Assembly: GCA_020635995.1 (NCBI GenBank) | Contig: JACJYS010000001.1 | Coordinates: 370,191 to 434,190, forward strand | Direction: 5' to 3' | Length of the DNA stretch: 64,000 nucleotides | From: Chitinophagales bacterium | GTDB taxonomy: Bacteria > Bacteroidota > Bacteroidia > Chitinophagales > UBA8649 | Shown: positions 9,053 through 17,908 of the stretch, in pieces | Position numbering within the stretch: position 1 is the first letter of the stretch | How the letters are laid out: every line of letters starts with the position of its first letter | Notes under the pieces: model-generated | What the model was told of the DNA's origin: nothing | Database searches by the model: none | What the model saw: the letters and a program-made list of their open reading frames with translations, nothing else | Made by a program: the position numbers and the translations under genes

Positions 9053-10987
9053 CTACTTTTTTATTAACGATTGAAAAACGTCATTATTTACCGAAACTTT
9101 ATACTTGTTTTTAAGTGTGTTTATCCAGTCTTTCTCCAATTTGTTTTGATAATCAGATATAACATAGCCTTTTGTTTCTTCCAAAGCTTTTGGTTCGGGC
9201 TTTAAAATTTCATTTACTTTATACACTACTTTTTTGCCGTTTTCTTCTGTTGTAACCGTGCTTCCTGTTTTCCATTCTAAACCTGCTACATTAAAATGTT
9301 CTTTTTCTGCTTTAACGGTTTGAACGCTAACTTGTTTTTCTTTTTTATTTAGTTTTTTGCTTATGGCTTCAAAGTTTTTGCCTTTATCAAGTAGTTTTAT
9401 TCCTTTATCGGCAGCTGTGCTGTTTTCAAAAGTATATTTACTATAGCTCACTCTATCTTGCCACATATAGTTGTTTCGGTGTTCTTTATAGTATGCTTCA
9501 AGCCCAGCGGTGTCTTCTACTGCTTTATTCCAAACCTCTTTATTGGTAAGTTCAAAAAGCAAAATTCCATCATGGTATTCTTGCAATAGATTTTTGTAAT
9601 CTTCATTTATTTGAGCTAAGTTTTTCTCTCTGTATTTTTCTATTTTATCGTTTCTAAAATCGTTAAATTGATTGTGCAAAACACTTTCAATTGCATCATC
9701 ATTTTTAATTCTAGGTGCTTCTCTTTTTGCATAATCTATAAATAAATTATTGGTAATAGGTGCTGTTCCTATTTTAAACAGAACTTCTTCTGGTTGATTT
9801 TCAACACTATACGCTTTGTTTTTGTATGAATTGGCTAACAACGATATGGTTTTATCTATAGCTTTTCGGTTTTCGGTGTATCCAAATTTATTTTTAGAAT
9901 CTTCTATGTTTTTTTGCAGAGCAACATTAGAACGCATATCTCTTGATACACTCATTTCCAATATTTTTTTGCTTTCATTGTAAGGCAAAATCTCTTCTTT
10001 TGAAATTCTTTTAATAATATGCCACCCAATAGCAGACAGAATAGGTGCGGCTATACCGCCATCTTTTTTAATAGAAAAAGCAGCATCGGCATACTCGCTT
10101 AGCATTTCTGCCGAACTCAAGGCAGGTAATACTCCTCCTTGATTTTTGGTTTTAGTATCCTGCGAATATTTTTTGGCAGCATCTTCAAAATTAATTTCTC
10201 CCGAAGATATTTGAGCATATATTTTTTGAGCTTCTTGCTTGGCTATTGCTTTATTTTCCGGGGTATCGGTTTCTTTGCTTTTTATCAATATGTGTGCTGT
10301 GGTTATTTTTCCTCTGGCAGGTCTTTTATCGTGTACCAGCACTAAGTGGTAGCCAAACCTTGTGGCAACGGGTTCAGATATTTTGCCAATAGGCGTGTTG
10401 TACATGGCATTTTCAAAAGGATATACGGTTTGAAAAACGGTTAAATAGCCTAATCTGCCATTATTTTCTTTTGCAGAAGGGTCTTCTGACTTTGCTTTGG
10501 CTATTACAGCAAAGTTTTTAAGTGTTAATCCTTTTTTTATGTCTTGTATCTTTTTTAAGGTAGTAGCAGTATCTTTAGCCGAAGGATAATCGTTTGGCCA
10601 ACGCACCAATATATGGCTAACATCTACTTCTTCGGTACTTCTGTCATAAGCTTCTTTTACTAATTCTTCTGTTACTTCTTTATCGTTAATATAACTACTT
10701 ATTAGCTGCTTATTATATGAATTTAACTCATTTTTAATAGAAGTAATCGTGTCCATTTGCAATTGTTCTGCTTCTTTTACTTTTAGTTTGAAATTGATAA
10801 ACAAATCTAAATATTCATCAAGAGAAGCTTTGCTATAATCTGCTTGGTTGTTTATATTGTTTTTTGTGTAAACTCTTTCAAACTCGTCAACATATACCTT
10901 GTCATTATCTATAGTAAAAAGGACTTTGTTGTTTTGAGCATTAGCTAATTGGATAAAAAGTGGTATTAAAAAAACTAATTTCTTCAT
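9053..10987 (-). CDS. PpiD/SurA-like peptidyl-prolyl isomerase, 644 aa
   Basis: Signal peptide 'LFIQLANAQ' and two parvulin-like cores 'FGYHLVLV' and 'IGWHIIKR'. Confidence 0.8.
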   Translation of the reverse strand: MKKLVFLIPLFIQLANAQNNKVLFTIDNDKVYVDEFERVYTKNNINNQADYSKASLDEYLDLFINFKLKVKEAEQLQMDTITSIKNELNSYNKQLISSYINDKEVTEELVKEAYDRSTEEVDVSHILVRWPNDYPSAKDTATTLKKIQDIKKGLTLKNFAVIAKAKSEDPSAKENNGRLGYLTVFQTVYPFENAMYNTPIGKISEPVATRFGYHLVLVHDKRPARGKITTAHILIKSKETDTPENKAIAKQEAQKIYAQISSGEINFEDAAKKYSQDTKTKNQGGVLPALSSAEMLSEYADAAFSIKKDGGIAAPILSAIGWHIIKRISKEEILPYNESKKILEMSVSRDMRSNVALQKNIEDSKNKFGYTENRKAIDKTISLLANSYKNKAYSVENQPEEVLFKIGTAPITNNLFIDYAKREAPRIKNDDAIESVLHNQFNDFRNDKIEKYREKNLAQINEDYKNLLQEYHDGILLFELTNKEVWNKAVEDTAGLEAYYKEHRNNYMWQDRVSYSKYTFENSTAADKGIKLLDKGKNFEAISKKLNKKEKQVSVQTVKAEKEHFNVAGLEWKTGSTVTTEENGKKVVYKVNEILKPEPKALEETKGYVISDYQNKLEKDWINTLKNKYKVSVNNDVFQSLIKK

Positions 10988-11009
10988 GATTTTAATTTAT
11001 TTCGGCAAG

Positions 11010-11038
11010 CAAATATAAGGGTTTAGTCTTTTACCAAA
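11010..11038 (-). promoter_or_regulatory. candidate -33 (TTTG) / -7 (TATATTTG) promoter of the chaperone-MoxR operon
   Basis: Minus strand: TTTG at 11038-11035, a 17-nt spacer, then TATATTTG at 11017-11010. The -7 box ends 22 nt before the ATG at 10987. Confidence 0.45.
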
Positions 11039-11107
11039 CATTTTAAAAGTTGTCTTATTTAATATTAAGTGCTAATATTTATTTGATTTTCATATAATTT
11101 AACGTTA

Positions 11108-11971
11108 CTACCATTTAAAAGAAGCAAAAATAGATAGGTGGTCGCTTAAATTTCCGTTTAGTTTTGCGGTTCTTTCTACTGGAGATTTAAACCAAAGCAC
11201 TTCTTTATTTGTAGCGTGGATATTTGTACCGTTTTTTCTTAGAAATATGTAATCTATTACTGTTTTTTCTTTTCTAATTTTTGCTGTTGTGCTTTTTTGT
11301 GCACTTCGGGTTACAATATCTTCTACACCTAACATTTCTATCATTTCATTGTAATAAGCCGTGTCTTCTTTGTGTGTATTCATATCGCCACAAACTATCT
11401 GTGGCACGTTTAGCAGTTTAAACTCATCAAGTAGTGTTCTCATTTGCTTATATTGTTCTTTTCTTATCCACTGTGGTCCACCAGCATTAAGATGCGTTCC
11501 TAATATTTGAAATCTATTTCCATTATAATATCCCTCTAAAAGTGCTGCTCCTTTTTTAGCAAAACAATCGGCTCCATTGCAAGTTTTATATTTTACTACA
11601 TCTAAAACTTTTAAGGGTATTTTGCTAACTATAAAAACTCCGCTACTTGTTTTTAAAGATGCTTTGCTTGGGTTAAAAGGTCCATATTGATATGGGAAAG
11701 TTTCTTTTATGCCATTACTTAGCACTTTTCTTGCCGGGCCAAAAAATGCTTCTTGAAATACAATAATATCGTAATTGCTTTTGTTTGCCATTCCGGCAAT
11801 TTCTGTAGCCCTGCCTCTTTTATCACTTTTTTTAATGTCTTTAGAAAGATTAGTTATGCCCGGTAGCATATAAATATTCCAACTTAATATTTTTAAATCA
11901 TCTGCTTGTGTTTGAGCTTTTATATTTAAGCTTATTAGAATTAGAAGTAATGAAATTATTTTTTTTATCAT
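11108..11971 (-). CDS. endonuclease/exonuclease/phosphatase (EEP) family protein, secreted, sphingomyelinase-like
   Basis: Signal peptide. 'ILSWNIYMLPG' N-terminal EEP motif, 'VCGDMNT', and C-terminal 'LSDHLSI'. Confidence 0.7.
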   Translation of the reverse strand: MIKKIISLLLILISLNIKAQTQADDLKILSWNIYMLPGITNLSKDIKKSDKRGRATEIAGMANKSNYDIIVFQEAFFGPARKVLSNGIKETFPYQYGPFNPSKASLKTSSGVFIVSKIPLKVLDVVKYKTCNGADCFAKKGAALLEGYYNGNRFQILGTHLNAGGPQWIRKEQYKQMRTLLDEFKLLNVPQIVCGDMNTHKEDTAYYNEMIEMLGVEDIVTRSAQKSTTAKIRKEKTVIDYIFLRKNGTNIHATNKEVLWFKSPVERTAKLNGNLSDHLSIFASFKW

Positions 11972-11973
11972 TG

Positions 11974-12342
11974 TTAAAGTAATTTTTCTAAGTAAAAACC
12001 AAGGGCTATAGCACCTACAGAAAGCAATATTGAAAGTAAAATATAAACAATATTAAGTATTAAATATTGTGTGTTTAAAGTATATATTTCTAATGCAAAA
12101 GTTGAAAAAGTTGAAAAAGCACCGCAAAAACCTATTAACAAAAAATATCTCAGCCAATGATTTTCTGGAAACTTAGAAAGTAATAATGCCGAAAAAAAGC
12201 CAAGCACTAAAGAGGCTAAAACATTTACTAAAAAAGTGGATTTAGGGAAATTTACACCATCAAAAGGAAATAAAACATTAAACATATATCTTAACAAACT
12301 TCCTGCTGCTCCGCCTAATGCAACATAAATGAGTTTAAGCAT
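11974..12342 (-). CDS. crcB: fluoride channel CrcB/FluC
   Basis: 122 aa with four hydrophobic helices. 'GGAAGSLLRY' N-terminus and 'GFCGAFSTFSTF' motif. Confidence 0.85.
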   Translation of the reverse strand: MLKLIYVALGGAAGSLLRYMFNVLFPFDGVNFPKSTFLVNVLASLVLGFFSALLLSKFPENHWLRYFLLIGFCGAFSTFSTFALEIYTLNTQYLILNIVYILLSILLSVGAIALGFYLEKLL

Positions 12343-13417
12343 TTTCGTGTCGTTTTTTTCCTATATTATAAACCACTTGCATTATACCAAAAACTAAAAA
12401 GAAGTATGCGTAAGATAAAATAGTTGTAGTAAAAGTCCACGGAATAATGCCAACATAAAGCAAACAAGCTAAAACTCCCGAAAGAATACCAATACTAATT
12501 AAAATAAGTGCTGTTTGTTTTTCTGTAAACCCAAAAAAAACTAATTGATGTGTTGTGTGGTCTTTTCCTCCTACAAAAGGAGATTGTTTTCGCATTAGTC
12601 TTCTTACGGTTACCGTTAGTGTATCCATTAGTGGAACGGTAAAAATTAAAAGCGGGAGTACAAATTGTTTTAGCTGAATAATACCAGAGTAGTCAGATCT
12701 TTCCCCCCAAATAGTTAATATACTGGCTGCGGCCAAAAAAACGCCTAAAAATTGGCTACCGGAGTCGCCCATATACATTTTTGCCGGATTCCAATTAAAG
12801 TATAAAAATCCTAATAATGCACCTATTACTCCTAAAATTAGGACAACTGATGTGGTTTCATAAGCTCCTTTTGATAAGATAAAAGAGATGCTTGCTAAAA
12901 TGGTTAATGATGCAGTTGTAGTTATAGCATCCATATTATCTAACATATTAATAGAGTTCATGAGCCCTACTACCCAAAGTGTAGTTATAAAATAATCAAT
13001 GGCTAAATTGCCTGTTGCTTCAATATACAAATTGCCTAAAATTAAAATAAAAGCACAGGTAAATTGCCCTATAAACTTTACCAAAGGATTGGTGTTATAG
13101 GCATCATCTGCTAAGCCTATTATAAAACCTACAGTAGTGGCTACAATAATGGCTATTAATTTTTGGTTGTAAAATAAATTATCAGTATTGCTTGGTAAAA
13201 ATCCGGCAATGGATACCGAAAGTAAAAAAACTAAGAAAAAAGCTATGCCTCCTAAAGCGGGTTTTTCTTGAGCCGCCCATCTAACTTGTTGGTTATCAGA
13301 GTTTTTATTTCTTATTCCTAAATTTTTAGAAAATTTTAATAAAATCCAGTTTAGCACTAAAGAAATAGCCGTAGAAAAAACAAGGGCAAAAACAAATACT
13401 GAAATCATTTTCTCCAC
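12335..13417 (-). CDS. polyprenyl-phosphate HexNAc-1-phosphate transferase (MraY/WecA/WbpL family), initiating enzyme
   Basis: Polytopic, 360 aa. 'GLADDAYN', 'NSINMLDNMD' and 'MGDSGSQFLG' are motifs of the family. Confidence 0.8.
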   Translation of the reverse strand: MEKMISVFVFALVFSTAISLVLNWILLKFSKNLGIRNKNSDNQQVRWAAQEKPALGGIAFFLVFLLSVSIAGFLPSNTDNLFYNQKLIAIIVATTVGFIIGLADDAYNTNPLVKFIGQFTCAFILILGNLYIEATGNLAIDYFITTLWVVGLMNSINMLDNMDAITTTASLTILASISFILSKGAYETTSVVLILGVIGALLGFLYFNWNPAKMYMGDSGSQFLGVFLAAASILTIWGERSDYSGIIQLKQFVLPLLIFTVPLMDTLTVTVRRLMRKQSPFVGGKDHTTHQLVFFGFTEKQTALILISIGILSGVLACLLYVGIIPWTFTTTILSYAYFFLVFGIMQVVYNIGKKRHENA

Positions 13418-15822
13418 TTTTTGAATTTTCTTAAAATCCGTTTAACAAAATTATCGCTTTCATGTTTATCATCAGAATAATAACCACCACCATATCCGTA
13501 GCCATAACCATATCCGTAGCCGTAACCATATCCGTAGCCATAACTTGAAGCACCCACACCATAGTCATTTAACACCACTGAAAGATTAGAAATTTTATTA
13601 TCAAATATCAGCTTATTGATATTTTCCAAATATTTTCTTTCAGAATAGCCTGTACGTACCACATATATAGGGCAATCTGCTCTTTTTAATAAGTCTAAAG
13701 AATCTGTAACCACTCCAGACGGAGGTGTATCAATAAAAATATAATCGTATTTTTCTTTAAGCTCATTTAAGAGTTCATCTACTTCTGGTTTGGCTATTAG
13801 TTCAGATGGATTAGGTGGCACAGGTCCAGAAGTAATAAAATCAAGATTAGTGATACCCGAGTTACTTATACAGTCTGTTAATGTAGTTCTACCAATCAAA
13901 TAAGTGCTTAATCCTTTTTGATTATCTACACCAAATATTGAAGCTATTCTCGGTTTTCTTAAATCAAAATCAAGTATAATTACTTTTTTATCTAACAAAC
14001 TGTATATGGCCGCTAGATTTATCCCTATAAATGTTTTGCCTTCTCCTGGAATGGTAGAAGTTGTAGCTATTATCTTTGCTTTATTATCAGAATTTATAAA
14101 CTCTAAACTAGTTCTTAAAGATCTGAATGACTCGGAAATACGAGATTTAATATTATCAGTAACAACAACTTTGCTATTATCCATTTCATTATTATATTTA
14201 GGTATTATTCCTAAAATATTAGCATTTGTGTTTTCCTCTATTTCAGCTAAGTTATAAACTTTTTGGTTAAGTAAATATCTTATTGCTATTAATGATAGTC
14301 CAAGGAAAAATGCTAAAAATAATGCTACAGCCCAAATCATCATATCATTTGGAGCTATAGGCTTAAATGGCAAATTAGCTCTTTCTAAAATTATATAATC
14401 TGAAATTATACCTGCCCTTGATATGTTGTACAAATTTCTTTGTTCTATTAAATTAAAATAGAATTGTTGTTTTAAATCACTCTCTCTTTTAATCTTAGAA
14501 AAATCTATTTCTTTATCGGGAAGAGTATATAAAGAAGCATATAAAGTATTTATTTTATCTTGTATTTCTTTTCTTCCACTTACTGATTTATTTATAGCTA
14601 AATCTACTTGATTAATCAAATTAGATTTTAGTGCATTAATTTCTTTGTTTATGAGTATAATATCTGGATGATCTGGAGTAACGTTTAGTAGTTTCAAATT
14701 TCTTTTAGACTGTAATGCCGTAATTTCTGAAATACTATTTTCAAAAATCATATTGTTATCAGGGAATACTAATTGAGTTAAATTAGAAATATCATTTTCC
14801 GATTTCAAGAATGATTTAAGCCATTTTAGAGAGCTATCATAGGCATCTATTTCTATTTTATTTCTTTCTAATTCTGTTATTTCTTCAATGTTTTTTTGAA
14901 TTTGTGCATTGGGCTCAATAAACCCTGTTTCAATTTTAAACTTTTTTAGTGTGTCTTGAGTGCTATAGTAATCTTGTCCAAAATTTTCAATTTGTTCATT
15001 TAGAAAGGTTAATGTTTTATCTATACTTTCCGCTTTCCTTTCGGTGTCAAATTTTATGTAATAAGTGGCTATTGCACTAATTATATCTTGGGCTTTTTGA
15101 GGAATAACACTCTCTATAGAAAGGCTTACTGTATTAGAATTAAAGTTTATTGGTGTAATAGTTAAACTTTTGCTTATCTCATTAACTACATCATCAAATT
15201 TTCTTTGTTTTATTATGTATGTTGTAGCACTATTTAGTTTATCTTTATCAAAATCAACAAAAGTTATATCCATATCTAAATTATGAATACCCGAAGCAAG
15301 TGTGCCTTTAATAGTTATTTCTTCTCCTAATTTATCGTATTTTAATGTTACATCATTATTCCTAAATGTAAGTTCTAACTCGTTATCAAATAATTGAGTA
15401 TTTAAATTACTTAGTTTAGCTTCAAAAGGCACATTTTTATATAAAGCTGTTTTACTAATTTTTCCTTTTGTATAATATTCTGCTTCTAAAGGCAAATCTT
15501 TTATGGCTTCTGCTACAACCAATTTGGACTTTAAAAGTTGTATTTCTATATCTATTTCCGATTTATCTTCCTCAAACAAGTCTTCTACTCCTAAAAGTTG
15601 AGTTTGTTTTACTGTCTTACGCATTAATGTGGAGGTAGATTTATAAATATCTGGTGTGTGTCTCAAATATAAAAAAGCAATAATTGCAGCAAAAATCAAC
15701 ATTAATATAATCCAAATAATTGATTTTCTTGTTTCAAAAAGTAATACCTGTAAATTAAAATCCTCTAAAGTACTTTTAACCTTTTTTCTTTCTACTTGAT
15801 TATTTATATTACTTGTACTCAT
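13405..15822 (-). CDS. wzc: polysaccharide co-polymerase / tyrosine autokinase (Wzc-like)
   Basis: Two TM segments flank a long coiled periplasmic region. Walker A 'PGEGKT', A' 'ILDFDLRKP', Walker B 'IFIDTPP'. Tyrosine-rich tail (YG)9GGYY. Confidence 0.85.
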   Translation of the reverse strand: MSTSNINNQVERKKVKSTLEDFNLQVLLFETRKSIIWIILMLIFAAIIAFLYLRHTPDIYKSTSTLMRKTVKQTQLLGVEDLFEEDKSEIDIEIQLLKSKLVVAEAIKDLPLEAEYYTKGKISKTALYKNVPFEAKLSNLNTQLFDNELELTFRNNDVTLKYDKLGEEITIKGTLASGIHNLDMDITFVDFDKDKLNSATTYIIKQRKFDDVVNEISKSLTITPINFNSNTVSLSIESVIPQKAQDIISAIATYYIKFDTERKAESIDKTLTFLNEQIENFGQDYYSTQDTLKKFKIETGFIEPNAQIQKNIEEITELERNKIEIDAYDSSLKWLKSFLKSENDISNLTQLVFPDNNMIFENSISEITALQSKRNLKLLNVTPDHPDIILINKEINALKSNLINQVDLAINKSVSGRKEIQDKINTLYASLYTLPDKEIDFSKIKRESDLKQQFYFNLIEQRNLYNISRAGIISDYIILERANLPFKPIAPNDMMIWAVALFLAFFLGLSLIAIRYLLNQKVYNLAEIEENTNANILGIIPKYNNEMDNSKVVVTDNIKSRISESFRSLRTSLEFINSDNKAKIIATTSTIPGEGKTFIGINLAAIYSLLDKKVIILDFDLRKPRIASIFGVDNQKGLSTYLIGRTTLTDCISNSGITNLDFITSGPVPPNPSELIAKPEVDELLNELKEKYDYIFIDTPPSGVVTDSLDLLKRADCPIYVVRTGYSERKYLENINKLIFDNKISNLSVVLNDYGVGASSYGYGYGYGYGYGYGYGYGGGYYSDDKHESDNFVKRILRKFKKWRK
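13489..13542 (-). repeat. nine tandem TAYGGN hexanucleotides encoding (Tyr-Gly)9 in the Wzc tail
   Basis: My codon read: tat ggc tac gga tat ggt tac ggc tac gga tat ggt tat ggc tac gga tat ggt, followed by ggt ggt tat tat. Confidence 0.9.
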
Positions 15823-15823
15823 T

Positions 15824-16630
15824 TTACTTTAAGTTTTTAACAAGTAATACTACTGTAGTTAACGATGTAATTAAGGCTAAAAAAGGTGTTATTTCTTTTA
15901 AGAAATTTTGAGCGACCCTCAATCTTTGCTCTATATATATAACATCATTAGTTTGAACTATCAAATCTGCATTTTTTAAACCTTCTAATGTAGATAGGTC
16001 AACATCTATAATTTCCGGAGCTTTTAAATCTCCCCTTATAACTTTTATCTTATAAGCTTTAAGGTCTTGTCCTATTCCTCCAGATTTTGCAATGACTTCT
16101 AATAATGTTGTTGGTCCTTGGTTTAAACTAACTACAGCTCCTTCGCTACCTTTAAACACAAATGCTCTTCTGTTTTCTACTTTTAAAATAGCATAAGGAT
16201 CATTAAATAAAGAACTACTTCTTTCTTCAATATAGTTTTCTAATTCGTTTTCGGTTTTGCCTAAAACATAAGTTCTACCAAACAAAGGCAGTTCTACATA
16301 TCCATCTTGCTCAACTAAATAAGAAGGTATCCTATTCTGATTTTGACTACCGCCTCCTCCTTGTACTCCAAGTTGCCCACTTACGCCTCCTCCTGTTTCG
16401 TTGGGTAGTACGTCTATTAAGTCAAAACCTTCTCTTGAATATATTTGTAAGGAAAGCAAATCGCCTTTTTCTATAGTATATTGCTCTATTGCTTGCCTTC
16501 CTACGCTAAAATATTCATAGTTCCCTTGCTTAAACATTCTATTAGGATACATTAATTTACAGGAATTTAATCCAAATAATAAAAATGCTATAAATAAAGG
16601 AATTATAAACGTGTTAGTTATCTTTTTCAT
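15824..16630 (-). CDS. wza: polysaccharide export outer-membrane lipoprotein (Wza-like)
   Basis: Lipobox 'GLNSC'. Poly_export-type 'YTIEKGDLLSLQIY' and SLBB-like 'VIRGD...DLIVQTNDVIYI'. Contains a Gly-rich insert 'GGGVSGQLGVQGGGGSQ'. ATG at 16630 preferred to the TTG at 16633. Confidence 0.8.
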   Translation of the reverse strand: MKKITNTFIIPLFIAFLLFGLNSCKLMYPNRMFKQGNYEYFSVGRQAIEQYTIEKGDLLSLQIYSREGFDLIDVLPNETGGGVSGQLGVQGGGGSQNQNRIPSYLVEQDGYVELPLFGRTYVLGKTENELENYIEERSSSLFNDPYAILKVENRRAFVFKGSEGAVVSLNQGPTTLLEVIAKSGGIGQDLKAYKIKVIRGDLKAPEIIDVDLSTLEGLKNADLIVQTNDVIYIEQRLRVAQNFLKEITPFLALITSLTTVVLLVKNLK

Positions 16631-16670
16631 CAAAATGAAATAGTCTTTAAAGCACGAATATAGTTATTTC

Positions 16671-17858
16671 TTAGGTTTTTTCGTTTAATAAACGATGATA
16701 AAGATTATTCATGTTTTTGCACAGTGTATTATAGCTAAATGTGCTTTTAACATGTTCATATCCTTTTTCGCTCATTTCAGCTCTCATTGTATCACTTTCT
16801 ACGAGTTCTAAAAGCTGATTGGCAAACTCATTAATATTATTGTTTTGGGCAAGTAACGCTGTTTTATTTTCTATAACTATATCTTCTATTCCCCCTACTC
16901 TTGTAGAAACAATAGGCACATTAGCCGCCTGAGCTTCTATTAAACTTACCGGAGTGCCTTCGTTAAATGAGGTAAGACAAACAATGTCTAATCCGGGCAA
17001 TGCAATTTCTATTTGTTTTATCCAACTTGTAAATAATACATCTACATTTTTTACATCATCTGCTGAGTAACTTAAATTATTTTCTTTTACATAATTTTCC
17101 ACTTCAGCCCGACTTTCTCCGTCCCCAATAATAATTGCTTTTATTTTTTTCTTTGTTTGATTCTTGGCTTTTGCAAATGCTTTTATAAATAATTCATGAT
17201 TTTTAATAGGTACTAACCTACCTATAATTCCAATAGCAATTTCATCCTCCTGCAAGCCATATTTCTTTCTAAATGCTTGCCTTCTTTCTTCATTATTTTC
17301 TTGAAATCTATCTAAATCAAACCCCAAAGGAATTACTTCACATTTAGATAAAGGTGCTACGTTATATTGATTGCACAACTCTTCCTTTTGGATATTGCTT
17401 ATGGCTATTGTTCTTGACGTTTTTTTAGCTAAATATCTTTCTATGGTTAAAAAAACTTTGGTTTTAACAGGATTAAAATAAGAATGAAATACATGGCCAT
17501 GAAAGGTGTGCAACACAACCGGAACGCCACTATTAATGGCAGCCAATCTACCTAATGCACCAGATTTGGCAGCATGAGTATGTACAATATCCGGTTTAAA
17601 ATCTTCAATTATTTTTTTTATTTCTTTATATGCTTTCCAATCGTTTAAGGGACTAATTTCTCTATACATATTTTTAATATAATGAGGTTTTAATCCCAAG
17701 TTTTCTACTATAAACTCCGAACTGGCTTCACTTTCATCTTTCATGCCTGCCACAAGAAGTGTTTCAAACTCATCTCCTATATATTTGGAAAGATATGCTG
17801 CATTGTATGTGGGACCACCTAAGTTTAGGCGGTTTATTATACGGAGGATTTTAGGCAT
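16671..17858 (-). CDS. glycosyltransferase family 4 (GT-B)
   Basis: 'RLNLGGPT' N-terminus. C-terminal 'SFNEGTPVSLIEAQAANVPIVSTRVGGIEDIV' is an E(x7)E-type GT4 motif. Confidence 0.8.
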   Translation of the reverse strand: MPKILRIINRLNLGGPTYNAAYLSKYIGDEFETLLVAGMKDESEASSEFIVENLGLKPHYIKNMYREISPLNDWKAYKEIKKIIEDFKPDIVHTHAAKSGALGRLAAINSGVPVVLHTFHGHVFHSYFNPVKTKVFLTIERYLAKKTSRTIAISNIQKEELCNQYNVAPLSKCEVIPLGFDLDRFQENNEERRQAFRKKYGLQEDEIAIGIIGRLVPIKNHELFIKAFAKAKNQTKKKIKAIIIGDGESRAEVENYVKENNLSYSADDVKNVDVLFTSWIKQIEIALPGLDIVCLTSFNEGTPVSLIEAQAANVPIVSTRVGGIEDIVIENKTALLAQNNNINEFANQLLELVESDTMRAEMSEKGYEHVKSTFSYNTLCKNMNNLYHRLLNEKT

Positions 17859-17887
17859 GAATTGTATATGATTCTATTTTAAAGTAC

Positions 17888-17895
17888 TATTTTTG
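17888..17895 (+). promoter_or_regulatory. candidate -7 box (TATTTTTG) upstream of the 17909 membrane-protein gene
   Basis: TAnnTTTG 13 nt before the ATG. A TTG lies 23 nt further upstream. Confidence 0.3.
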
Positions 17896-17908
17896 CCCAT
17901 AATAAACT

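Noticed and set aside
12335-12420. Looked for a fluoride riboswitch upstream of crcB
   Set aside because: The crcB start overlaps the 3' end of the WecA-like gene by 8 nt, so there is no non-coding leader. crcB appears to be simply the last-but-one gene of the operon.
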